From positions 1 through 38,205 of the forward strand of contig WHTL01000001.1 of the NCBI GenBank assembly GCA_009377735.1: a DNA stretch of 38,205 nt, read 5' to 3'. Both the position numbers and the translations under genes were made by a program. This stretch comes from Acidimicrobiia bacterium. Lineage in GTDB: Bacteria > Actinomycetota > Acidimicrobiia > Spongiisociales > ZC4RG35. Positions 24,992-33,657 of the stretch are shown piece by piece (position 1 is the stretch's first letter; each line of letters opens with the position of its first letter). The notes below the pieces were generated by a model. That model did not search any database. It was given only the letters and a program-made list of their open reading frames with translations, and was not told where the DNA came from.

Positions 24992-25014
24992 TCCCCCCTC
25001 CGAAGGCGGGGGGG
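24992..25014. terminator. GC hairpin between convergent pcaD and the MetE-like gene (tcccccc-tccgaaggc-gggggga)
   Basis: 6-bp C/G stem plus inner pairs, located 12 nt after the pcaD stop. Possibly a bidirectional terminator. Confidence 0.45.
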
Positions 25015-25045
25015 AGAACATCACAATTACAGGGACTTTCAGCCG

Positions 25046-26155
25046 CTAGCCCCAGACGTCGGTAGCTACCTCGACGGTTCGCGCCAGCTTGCGCCACTGG
25101 TCGGACTCGGCCAGCTCGTTGCCGTCGGCAGTCGAGGAGAAACCGCATTGGTGACTCAGCCCACACTGGCCGATGTCGACGTACTTGGTTGCTTCCTCTA
25201 TGCGTCCCTTGAGCGCATCGGCATCCTCAACATCGGGCTTCTTGGAGCTCATCAGACCCAGGATCACCTGCTTGTCGTCCGGCATGAGACGCAATGGTGC
25301 GAAATCCCCGGACCGCTCGTTGTCGTATTCCAGGAAGAAGGCGTCGACTTCCATCTCGTTGAAGAGGATCTCGGCGACGGGCTCGTACCCGCCCTCGGAG
25401 ACCCAGGCACTGCGAAAATTGCCACGACACAGATGGATCGCGGCCACCATGTCATCGGGGCGATCCTTGATCGACTCGTTGACCAGACGGCAGTAAAGGC
25501 GGGTTAGCTCGTCGGGATCCTCCCCCTGCTCGGTTTTCTGCTGGCGGATGGATGGATCACAGAGGTACGCCAAATTGGTGTCATCCATCTGTAGATAGCG
25601 ACATCCCCGCTCCGCGAGATCGGCGATCTCTTCTCGATATGCAGCGGTGAGGTCGGCGAAGAAGTCGTCGAGATCGGGATAGACCTCCGATGAGATCGCC
25701 TCCCGACCACCCCGAAAGTGGAGCATGGAGGGGGCCGGGATCGATACCTTGGGAGTCTTGGTGACCACCGAGGCGAGAAAGTCGAAGCCGGGACCCTGGA
25801 TGGGTTGGCTGTGTCGGAGTGGCTCCTCGACCCTCATGGTCGGCGGACGGAATCCGACCTCGGTCCCGTCGTCCCTTCGGAAGTGCGCGAAGAAGTCGCC
25901 ATACGTCACATTGACGCCATCGAGCGCCTCAAGGAAGTCGATATGGAAGAAGAGCCGTCGAAACTCGCCGTCTGTGATCCCGGTGAGACCGACGGCCTCT
26001 TGGCGACCCACGACGTCTCGGATGTGGGTGTCCTCGATCTCGCGAAGCTCCTCCGCAGTGATCTCTCCACGGGCTCGGTGTTCCCGAGCCGCCATTATCT
26101 CCCGGGGTCTAAGGAAGCTCCCGACGTGCTCGGCTCGAAACGGCGGTGTTGGCAT
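25046..26155 (-). CDS. Core-only (single-domain) cobalamin-independent methionine synthase family protein (MetE C-terminal-domain-like)
   Basis: Motifs FRAEHVGSFLRP, IHLCRGN and LSHQCGF are Zn-ligand-type motifs. SD AAGGAGA lies 6 nt before ATG 26155. Confidence 0.8.
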   Translation of the reverse strand: MPTPPFRAEHVGSFLRPREIMAAREHRARGEITAEELREIEDTHIRDVVGRQEAVGLTGITDGEFRRLFFHIDFLEALDGVNVTYGDFFAHFRRDDGTEVGFRPPTMRVEEPLRHSQPIQGPGFDFLASVVTKTPKVSIPAPSMLHFRGGREAISSEVYPDLDDFFADLTAAYREEIADLAERGCRYLQMDDTNLAYLCDPSIRQQKTEQGEDPDELTRLYCRLVNESIKDRPDDMVAAIHLCRGNFRSAWVSEGGYEPVAEILFNEMEVDAFFLEYDNERSGDFAPLRLMPDDKQVILGLMSSKKPDVEDADALKGRIEEATKYVDIGQCGLSHQCGFSSTADGNELAESDQWRKLARTVEVATDVWG

Positions 26156-26280
26156 ACGTGGTCTCCTTTGGCGGTCTCGGTTCGGCCAGATCGTGGTCCT
26201 GCCCGACGATAGCCAACGACAACGTGTCGGGGCGGGCGGCAGCACAGGAGGAGACGAAGAGACACAGCCAGATCGAGATT

Positions 26281-26357
26281 GGTGGTCAGGGGCGGAATCG
26301 AACCGCCGACCCCCGGTTTTTCAGACCGGTGCTCTAGCCAACTGAGCTACCTGACCG
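26281..26357 (-). tRNA. tRNA-Phe (GAA), CCA encoded
   Basis: Manual cloverleaf: acceptor GGTCAGG/CCTGACC, anticodon arm CCGGT-CTGAAAA-ACCGG, T arm GGCGG-TTCGATT-CCGCC, 3' ACCA. Confidence 0.9.
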
Positions 26358-26394
26358 CATGTGTGGCGCGCCGAGATCGCTCGAGATCTCGGGT

Positions 26395-26472
26395 GGCGGG
26401 GACGACGGGATTTGAACCCGCGACCTCCGGCTTGACAGGCCGGCGAACACTCCAGACTGTTCTACGCCCCCG
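26395..26472 (-). tRNA. tRNA-Asp (GTC), CCA encoded
   Basis: Manual cloverleaf: acceptor GGGGGCG/CGTCCCC, anticodon arm CCGGC-CTGTCAA-GCCGG, T arm GCGGG-TTCAAAT-CCCGT, 3' GCCA. Confidence 0.9.
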
Positions 26473-26577
26473 GGTCGACACTCGTTTCCATAACCCAGGT
26501 CATGGGACCGTGTATCGCTGCGATCAGTATAGGAATCCCGTAACGGTGCCGGGCACGCGATGCACTGAAGTGGGTGA

Positions 26578-27594
26578 TCATCTCCTGATGGCGACCTTGC
26601 CCATATGCTCACCCGAATCGAGTCGTTCGATGGCTGCTGGGACGTCCTCGAAGTCGTGGACCGAGTCGATAGGCACGACTACGTCTCCGGACTCGACCAT
26701 GTGGAGTGCACGCGCGAATTGGGAGTGTGTTGCCATCGATGATCCGATTATCTCCAGCTGCTTGAAGAAGAGCGCGGGCAGGGAGAGCTCCACTTTCGAT
26801 CCGGTGGTTCCTCCGCAAACCGCCATCCGGCCCCCTTTGCGCATCGAGCGGATCGACTGGTTCCAGGTGGCAGGACCGACGTTCTCGATGACGATGTCCA
26901 CCCCTCCGTTCGTGACCTCTTTTGCTTCCTTGGAGAAGTCGGCCGACGAGTCGAAACCGCCCTCGGCACCACTCTCTGTCGCCCAGGTGATCTTCTCGGG
27001 GCTGCGGGAGGTAACCCAGACTCGTGCTCCCAGCGCCTTGGCGACCAGAAATGCCATGGACGATACTCCACCGCCGATACCCACAACGAGCACGGTGTCG
27101 CCGCGGCGGAGCCGGGCACGTTTCAGCATCCGGTATGCGGTTCCGGTAACGAGTCCGAAGGTGCCCGCCACCTCCCAGGAGAGGTCGGCGAACTTGGGTC
27201 TCAGGTTCCTGGCAGGGACAACCACATACTCGGCGAGGGTTCCCCAACGATGCTCCCCAAGGATGGAGAAGTCGGCGCAGTAGGTGGCGTCGTCGTGGAG
27301 GCACTGCTCGCACTTACCACAGGAGACGGTGGGGTCGACTATGACCTCATCGCCCGCGGACCATCCGTCAACACCTTCACCCACGCTGTCCACCACCCCA
27401 GCAGCGTCGCCACCGGCCACATGGGGAAAGGAGCCCGGAGCCGGAAGACCCTGCGACACCCATAGGTCGAGATGGTTGAGACCCGACATGACGATCCGCA
27501 CCCGGACATCGCCCGGTCCGGGTTCTGGTGTATCGACCTCGTCGAGACTGAAGGAGTCGGGTCCGTCGGTGTCGTTGAGTATCCAGGCTCTCAT
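26578..27594 (-). CDS. Zinc-binding medium-chain alcohol dehydrogenase / oxidoreductase (MDR family)
   Basis: MRAWIL... N-terminus, GHVAGGDAAG-type Zn site, structural-Zn cysteines CGKCEQC...C, and the Rossmann motif VVGIGGGV. The start is ATG 27594; the ATGATG at 27624 is the alternative. The track ORF to 27822 is unsupported. Confidence 0.8.
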   Translation of the reverse strand: MRAWILNDTDGPDSFSLDEVDTPEPGPGDVRVRIVMSGLNHLDLWVSQGLPAPGSFPHVAGGDAAGVVDSVGEGVDGWSAGDEVIVDPTVSCGKCEQCLHDDATYCADFSILGEHRWGTLAEYVVVPARNLRPKFADLSWEVAGTFGLVTGTAYRMLKRARLRRGDTVLVVGIGGGVSSMAFLVAKALGARVWVTSRSPEKITWATESGAEGGFDSSADFSKEAKEVTNGGVDIVIENVGPATWNQSIRSMRKGGRMAVCGGTTGSKVELSLPALFFKQLEIIGSSMATHSQFARALHMVESGDVVVPIDSVHDFEDVPAAIERLDSGEHMGKVAIRR

Positions 27595-27649
27595 GGTGTC
27601 TACGGTAACGGTCGTCAGCATCATCGTTAGTCTCGACTTGGAGGGCGCA

Positions 27650-27997
27650 ATGCAACTGAAATCGGTGGTCGTAAACACAACCGATGTCGAAGAAGTGGTT
27701 TCGTTCTGGTCGGACCTCCTAGATTTGGAGGAGTTACGACGGTCCGGCGACGGTTTTGTTTGGCTAACCCCTATGGGAGACACCGGTATCTCCCTCGCAT
27801 TCCAGAAGGTGGACGAACCCACAGAAGGACGAAGACGACTCCATTTGGACTTTGGAGTCGAAGACCTGTCAGGGATGCGCCGTCGAATCCTGGATCTTGG
27901 TGGGTCACAAGTTGAGACTCACACGGTCGGTGACTTCACCTGGGTTGTGATGGCGGATCCTCAGGGCAACGAGTTCTGTATTGCTGAGGGACATTGA
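27650..27997 (+). CDS. VOC/glyoxalase-family small protein
   Basis: 115 aa with a glyoxalase-like sequence (FWSDLL..., HLDFGVED, DPQGNEFCI). SD GGAGGG lies 5 nt before ATG 27650. Confidence 0.75.
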   Translation: MQLKSVVVNTTDVEEVVSFWSDLLDLEELRRSGDGFVWLTPMGDTGISLAFQKVDEPTEGRRRLHLDFGVEDLSGMRRRILDLGGSQVETHTVGDFTWVVMADPQGNEFCIAEGH

Positions 27998-28401
27998 GCA
28001 GCTCCCATACCGCCACGGTGAAGGTTCGTTTCTACGAGCTCGATCCCTACGACCACGTCAACCACGTCAACTATCTCCGTTACTTCGAGACGGCGAGGGT
28101 CGAGTTCCTCTCCGAGCTGGGTTTCGGTCTCGACGTGATGAAGGATCGTGATTTGGCGATTGTCGTTGTGGAGCTACACGCACGATTCACTGGACAGGCC
28201 AAGCTCCATGATGTCATCGAGGTGACCACGGAGGTCGGAGAGGCGAGCGGGGCGGTCTCCACCTGGCATCAGCGCATGACCCTCGACGACGACCCCATCG
28301 CTGAGATCGATATCAAGGCCGCCTTCACCTCCCTCGAGGGCAAGGCCCGCCGCATCCCACCCGAGTTCCTGGAGAAGGTCTCCCCCTCACCGATCACCTG
28401 A
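27994..28401 (+). CDS. Hotdog-fold acyl-CoA thioesterase (YbgC/4HBT family)
   Basis: The VRFYELDPYDHVNHVNYLRYFETARVEFL motif is typical of the family. TTG start overlaps the upstream stop (TTGA). Confidence 0.8.
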   Translation: MSSSHTATVKVRFYELDPYDHVNHVNYLRYFETARVEFLSELGFGLDVMKDRDLAIVVVELHARFTGQAKLHDVIEVTTEVGEASGAVSTWHQRMTLDDDPIAEIDIKAAFTSLEGKARRIPPEFLEKVSPSPIT

Positions 28402-28449
28402 ACCCGGGGTGGAGGACATCGCCTGGCGTCAACCTCCGCCCTAAGTTCG
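28401..28449. repeat. 49-nt intergenic element, copy S4
   Basis: aacccggggtg and gccctaagttcg termini at the same spacing as S1-S3. The central region is replaced by a different 9-bp helix (gggtggagg/cctccgccc). It starts on the last base of the TGA stop. Confidence 0.65.
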
Positions 28450-28470
28450 AGGAAACCACTGTCGCTCACG

Positions 28471-29181
28471 CTACCGGACGAAGTCGGCCACCCACTGATC
28501 GGCGGGGTTGGCACGGAGATCGTCGAAGGTGCCCGTCTGGACGATGCGTCCGGTCCGCATGAGGGCCACGGTCTGAGCGACGGCCTCCGCCTCCTCATGG
28601 TCATGGGTGACATAGAGCGATGGGATGCCGGTTTCATCGAGGATCTTTCCGATATCGACTACCAGACGATCCCGCAAGAGACGATCCAGGGAGCCTAGAG
28701 GCTCGTCGAGCATGATCAGCCGGGGCTCGGGCGCCAAGGTCCGGGCAAGTGCCACCCGTTGTGCCTCACCCCCGGAGAGACGATCGACGCTACGCTCGAC
28801 GAAATCCTCCAGACCAACCAGGTCGAGCATCTCCTCGACACGGGTCCTGATCCGACTCCGATCCCAACCAGCCATCTTCAGACCGAAGCCGACATTGTCT
28901 CCGACATCTAGATGTGGGAAGAGAGCGTCATCTTGGAACATCAGTCCGAAGATCCGGAGATGGGGCGGCATCGACCCTATGTCCTCACCGTCCCAAAGGA
29001 CAGTCCCCTCGTCGACGGGTTGTAACCCGGCGACGACCCGCAGCAGGGTCGACTTGCCGCAACCACTGGGTCCGAGGATTGCCACCTCCTCACCCGACTC
29101 CACGGTGAGGTTGACATCATCGAGGGCGATGGTCTCACCGAACCGGACCGTGACGCTCCGTACCTCAAGCACCGAGGTCAC
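28471..29181 (-). CDS. thiQ: Thiamine ABC transporter ATP-binding protein
   Basis: Walker A GPSGCGKST, signature LSGGEAQRV, Walker B IMLDEP. It is short (236 aa, no TOBE domain) and lies in an operon behind a TPP riboswitch. Confidence 0.8.
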   Translation of the reverse strand: MTSVLEVRSVTVRFGETIALDDVNLTVESGEEVAILGPSGCGKSTLLRVVAGLQPVDEGTVLWDGEDIGSMPPHLRIFGLMFQDDALFPHLDVGDNVGFGLKMAGWDRSRIRTRVEEMLDLVGLEDFVERSVDRLSGGEAQRVALARTLAPEPRLIMLDEPLGSLDRLLRDRLVVDIGKILDETGIPSLYVTHDHEEAEAVAQTVALMRTGRIVQTGTFDDLRANPADQWVADFVR

Positions 29182-30716
29182 TAGAACCTCCCCACTTCAC
29201 CGAGACGGTCGATGATCGTTACCACCGCCGCAGTGAGGACTGCCAACACCACGGCCAGTGCCATGGCACGACCGAAGTTGGCGTCGCCGGGTCTCCCCAG
29301 CAGCCGGAAGATGGTGACGGGGACGGTCACCGACGACGGTCGGGCGATGAACGAGGTCGCTCCGAACTCTCCTAGGGACACGACGAAGGCGAACCCGGCA
29401 CCAAGTGCCGCAGCCCGGGAGGCAATGGGTAGGGCCACCGACCTCCAAGCCCGACCGGGTGGGGCACCCAGCATGGCGGCCGACTCCAACAGTTGGGGTC
29501 GAATGGACCGAAGCAGCGGCACGGCGGATCGGACGACGAACGGAACCGCTACGAGGGCGTGGGCCAACGGCACCAACCACACGGTGCCCCTGAGATCCAC
29601 GGGCCAATTGAGTGCGACCAAGAACCCGAACCCCACGGTCACAGCCGATGTGCCGAGTGGCAGCATGAGGGCGGTGTCGAACCATCGGGAGAAGGCGCTT
29701 CTACGTCCCGAGACCACGCTCGCCGCCAGCATCCCAACCAGAACGGCCACCACAGTCGCAATTCCGGCGAAACCAAGAGAACGCGGGATCGATTCGAGGG
29801 GGACACCCACAACAGGATCCTCGATGGCGAGGTCACCAAACCAGCCGAGGCCACGCACAACGAGAGTGGCCAACGGAACGAACTGCAGGCCAAGGGTTCC
29901 GACCACGATGAACCCGACGATCCATCGAAAGCGCCCCGTCGGTCGTCGGCGAATGCTTTGCTCACCGGCGAGGTCGAGACCGCGGCTTGCCCGCTCCTGA
30001 CTCCTCGAATACCAGGCGAGTGCCGCCGACACCCCCACCAGTTGTAATACCGCCAATAGGGCGGCCAATGGGAGGTTGAAGAACGTCACAGCCTGTTGAT
30101 AGATCTCGACCTCGAGGGTGGCGTTTCCCCGACCACCCAGGATGAGGACGACCCCGAAGCTGGTGAAACAGAACAGGAACACTATTGCTGCCGACGCCAT
30201 GATCGCCGGCCGGAGTGTCGGGAGGATGACATACCAGAAGGTCTGCCATCTCCCGGCACCGAGGGTACGGGCAGCATCCTCGATGCGGGTGTCCACCGAT
30301 GCCCACATCCCTCCGACCGTCCTCACCACGACGGCGATGTTGTAGAAAGTATGGGCGACGAGGATTGCCCACACGGAACCCCTCACTCCCAGGGCGGCGA
30401 AGGCGGCTCCGACCACCACCGTAGGAAGCACGAACGGCACGACCACCGCCGCTTGCGCCAGCCTCCTGCCCGGGAATTCGAAGCGTGATATCACCCACGT
30501 CAGCGGGGCGGCCACTATCACGGTGAGGGCCGTGGAGACGAGCGCCTGCCAGAAGGTGAACCAGACCACCGAACCGATCCGGCCACCCTGAAATAGCTGC
30601 CCCGGCTCCGCATCGCCCAGACCGAGAAGGATTATTCGCGCCACTGGATACACGAAGAGGTATCCGATGAATAGAAGTGGGATGACCGCCAGGAGAACCC
30701 GGGTCTTCGAGGTCAT
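29181..30716 (-). CDS. thiP: Thiamine ABC transporter permease (duplicated 2x6 TM)
   Basis: 511-aa polytopic protein with two permease modules, positioned between thiB and thiQ. Confidence 0.8.
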   Translation of the reverse strand: MTSKTRVLLAVIPLLFIGYLFVYPVARIILLGLGDAEPGQLFQGGRIGSVVWFTFWQALVSTALTVIVAAPLTWVISRFEFPGRRLAQAAVVVPFVLPTVVVGAAFAALGVRGSVWAILVAHTFYNIAVVVRTVGGMWASVDTRIEDAARTLGAGRWQTFWYVILPTLRPAIMASAAIVFLFCFTSFGVVLILGGRGNATLEVEIYQQAVTFFNLPLAALLAVLQLVGVSAALAWYSRSQERASRGLDLAGEQSIRRRPTGRFRWIVGFIVVGTLGLQFVPLATLVVRGLGWFGDLAIEDPVVGVPLESIPRSLGFAGIATVVAVLVGMLAASVVSGRRSAFSRWFDTALMLPLGTSAVTVGFGFLVALNWPVDLRGTVWLVPLAHALVAVPFVVRSAVPLLRSIRPQLLESAAMLGAPPGRAWRSVALPIASRAAALGAGFAFVVSLGEFGATSFIARPSSVTVPVTIFRLLGRPGDANFGRAMALAVVLAVLTAAVVTIIDRLGEVGRF

Positions 30717-30737
30717 TGGGCGCCAAGTGCCCTGGCG

Positions 30738-31889
30738 TCAACCATCGACGATGGCATTCCACTCCCGGATCCAAAGCTCTCGGTTCGCTGCTATTTCCTC
30801 GATCGGGATCCGGGCGGGGGAGTCGGGAACGTCGGTGAACTCCACGAATTCCTGCGGGAGCTCCACGGTTTCATTGGCGGGGAAGACGAACCAGGTGAGC
30901 GGAATTTCCTTCTGGAAGCCCGGGGAGAGCATGAAGTCGATGAGCTTACCGGCCTCGGCCTCGTGGTCGGTCCCTGCCAGGATCCCTGCGAACTCGATTT
31001 GGCGGTAGCAGCCGTTGGTGACCACGGCCGTTGGCGCCGTTTCGAGTGGTTCCTCGGCGAAGATCACCTCGGCGGGTGGGGAGGAGGCGTACGACATAAC
31101 GATGGGTCGCTCACCTCCGTAGCGGGTGAACGAGCTGTAGTAGGCGGCATCCCAGTCGGCGGCCACCTCCACCCCGTTGTCCACCAGCCCCTGCCAGTAC
31201 TCCTGCCATCCGTCCTCCCCGAACTCGGCGATGGTGGCGAGGAGGAACGCCAGCCCCGGGGAGCTGGTGGCTGCACTCTCCACGACCACCAGGTCCTGGT
31301 AGGGCTCTTGGGTGAGTTGCTCCAGATCTGTCGGCGGCTCGACTCCCGCTTCCTCAAGGGCAGCGATGTCGTAGTTGAAGCAGACATCCCCGTAGTCGAT
31401 GGGAGTGGCTCTCCTCTCCTCGTCGAGCTCGAGCTCGTCGGGTACATCGCTCAGGAGCGGCGACTCGTATGGGAGGAGTATTTCCTCGTCGAGGGCCCGT
31501 GTGAGGAAGGTGTCGTCGATCCCGAACATCACATCGGCGATGGGGTTGTCAGCAGTGAGAACTAGCTGGTTGGTGAGGGATCCGGCGTCCCCACCGGCGA
31601 GAATCTCCACCGAGATCCCGGTTTCCTCAGTGAAAGGAGCGAAGACCTCTCCGGCGGCATCGGCAAAGGAGTCGTGGGCGATCAGGGTGAGGGTTAGGTC
31701 AGACTCACCGCCCCCAGTGGTGGTGCTGGTCGCGGCCGTGGGGGATGCAGAGCCCACGGTGGTGACCGAACCTTCGGTCTCGGTAGTTGCTTGACCCGTT
31801 CCCTGATCTGCGATCGTGGTCGAGGTGGCTTCGTCGCCCGATCCGCAGCTCACGAGAATGATCACCAGGATGAGGAGGATGGTCTTCAT
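30738..31889 (-). CDS. thiB: Thiamine-binding lipoprotein of the ABC transporter (TbpA/ThiB family)
   Basis: MKTILLILVIILVSCG lipobox and a Thr/Ser-rich tether. TbpA-like blocks DSFA, ATSSPGLAFLL, SYASSP, WFVFPAN, WIREWNA. SD AGGGAG lies 6 nt before ATG 31889. Confidence 0.85.
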   Translation of the reverse strand: MKTILLILVIILVSCGSGDEATSTTIADQGTGQATTETEGSVTTVGSASPTAATSTTTGGGESDLTLTLIAHDSFADAAGEVFAPFTEETGISVEILAGGDAGSLTNQLVLTADNPIADVMFGIDDTFLTRALDEEILLPYESPLLSDVPDELELDEERRATPIDYGDVCFNYDIAALEEAGVEPPTDLEQLTQEPYQDLVVVESAATSSPGLAFLLATIAEFGEDGWQEYWQGLVDNGVEVAADWDAAYYSSFTRYGGERPIVMSYASSPPAEVIFAEEPLETAPTAVVTNGCYRQIEFAGILAGTDHEAEAGKLIDFMLSPGFQKEIPLTWFVFPANETVELPQEFVEFTDVPDSPARIPIEEIAANRELWIREWNAIVDG

Positions 31890-31913
31890 GTAATGCTCCC
31901 TGTTGTTGCGTAT

Positions 31914-32007
31914 GGGAGCCGAAGACGATCCCTGCGGCGGCATTACCCGCATCAGGTTCGAACGGTCGGAGCGTTAGCTCCCTCTCAGCCCGGTTCGTCG
32001 GGCTCCC
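31914..32007 (-). promoter_or_regulatory. TPP (THI-box) riboswitch aptamer
   Basis: Minus-strand RNA: GGGAGCCCGACGAACCGGGCUGAGAGGGAGCUAACGCUCCGACCGUUCGAACCUGAUGCGGGUAAUGCCGCCGCAGGGAUCGUCUUCGGCUCCC. It carries the conserved CUGAGA, ACCUGAU and GGUAAUGCC..GCAGGGA blocks. P1 is GGGAGCC/GGCUCCC. It lies directly upstream of thiB. Confidence 0.9.
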
Positions 32008-32075
32008 GTGTGTCATTGATCTGAAACCGATGGTACCGCTTCGCGGCGATATCGCCGATTACGCTCGCCCCAGAC

Positions 32076-32755
32076 ATGACAACCACCCACCTTCAACCGC
32101 GTTCCCCCGGCATCCGAGGGGTCCTACGAGAGGTGAGGTCGGTACCGCGGGTGGTGGCAGCTGCTGCCGTGTCCGGCCTCAACACGGTCGACCCCCTTTC
32201 AGACGTCGGACCCATCGTGGTGATTCCGGGATGGGCGCCGACGATCGCTTCATGGCACCACTGAGGGCTCATTTGAGGAAGGGTGGCGCCGATGACCACG
32301 GGTGGGGATTGGGTCTCAACATCGGGAGGGTCGCCGGTTTGATCGCTAATTTGTCGCAGCGGATGGCGGCCCACGACCGACCCGTTCACCTCATCGGCTG
32401 GAGCGCCGGTGGTGTCATCGCCCGCGAGGTGGCGCGCTCGCAACCTTCGAATGTGGCGGGTGTGATCACCATCGGGACCCCGGTGGTTGGCGGTCCTCGC
32501 TGTACCGTCATCAGTCGTTTCTACCCGACAAGGGTGCTGGACCAGATGGAGCACCGTATGGCTACCGCGGAGGAAACGCCCATCGCGGTACCGCTGACTG
32601 CCATCTACAGTCGAAACGACGGAATAGTCGACTGGAGGGCGATGATCCCACCCGAGACAAATGCCAACATCCTTGAGGTGTCTGCCACCCACTGGCGTCT
32701 TCCCTTCGATCGGGAAGTATGGAATGCCACGGTTTGTGCGCTGGAGCGGGTGTGA
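32076..32755 (+). pseudogene. Alpha/beta hydrolase (lipase/esterase-like, GWSAGG nucleophile elbow) with a -1 frame break in a G-run
   Basis: The N-terminal part MTTTHLQ...GPIVVIPGW is in window frame 3 (32076-32234). The continuation GADDRFMAPLRAHL...IGWSAGG...GTPVVG is in frame 2 (32234-32755). The junction is at the GGG run 32233-32235. Confidence 0.65.
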
Positions 32756-33544
32756 TCTTCTCCACGGAAACTGCGGTTCGCCAGAGTGGTGATGGGACCT
32801 GGACCGGGGAGATACATCCCTCCTGGGACATCGCTGGCAACACCAACGGCGGATATCTCTTGGCGATGACAGCCCGGGCCATGTCTGAGCATCTGGGACG
32901 CCCCGATCCGGTCAGTATCACCGGCCACTTCCTGGCACCGACAGGACCGGGAGGCATATCCATCGATGTCGAGACAGTTCGGGAGGGCCGAACCTTCTCC
33001 GTCGCCAGGGCGACGCTGCGGTCGCCAGAACGCAATCTGCTCACGGCACTAGGCTCCTTCTCCGACCTGTCAGTTATCGATGGTGTCGACTACATCGACG
33101 CCGAGCCACCCAACCTGCCGCCTCCTGACGAATGTCTCGCCGTCGAACCCACCGACACCATGCCACCGCCGATGATGTCCAAGGTGGATCTGCGGATACC
33201 CCATCGATATGTCACCTTCATGGAAGGCAAGCCGACCGGGGAGGCCGTCATAGAGGGATGGTTCCGCATGCGGGATGAAGAGCCCATGGGACCCATGAAT
33301 TTGATCCTCGCATTGGACTCCTTCCCACCCACCATCTTCAATCTCGACCTACCACTTGGATGGACACCCACCTGTCGAGCTCACCTGCCACCTCCGAAGA
33401 CGCCCCGCCACCGAGTGGTTTCGGTGCCGATTCTCCACCCGCTTCATCACCGGCGGTTTCCTCGAGGAGGACGGACAGGTCTGGGACGTGGACGGCAGGT
33501 TCCTATCGCAGTCCCGCCAGCTAGCCCTCGTGCCGAGGGGCTGA
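32752..33544 (+). pseudogene. TesB-like (double hotdog) acyl-CoA thioesterase with a +1 frame break
   Basis: GTG 32752 forms a GTGA overlap with the upstream stop. Window frame 1 reads IFSTETAV...GNTNGGYLLAM...LGWTPT up to 33372. The sequence then continues in frame 2 as VELTCHLRRRPATEWFRCRF...EEDGQVWDVDGRFLSQSRQLALV to a stop at 33544. The extra base is around 33373. Confidence 0.65.
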
Positions 33545-33602
33545 GACCATTCCATTCCTCCCGCGGAGGAGGAGGGCGTCCCGCTGTTTCCGCCCCCTCG
33601 AT

Positions 33603-33620
33603 CCGACGGCTGGCCGTCGG
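33603..33620. terminator. Hairpin ccgacgg-ctgg-ccgtcgg between convergent genes
   Basis: Perfect 7-bp stem with a 4-nt loop in the 113-nt gap between the stops at 33544 (+) and 33658 (-). Confidence 0.4.
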
Positions 33621-33657
33621 CACACTCCCCCCTCCCCGCGGGGAAACAGACACCCGG

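Noticed and set aside
26279-27283. 334-aa plus-strand ORF
   Set aside because: It runs across both tRNA genes and antisense through the Zn-ADH gene. It is a shadow frame.
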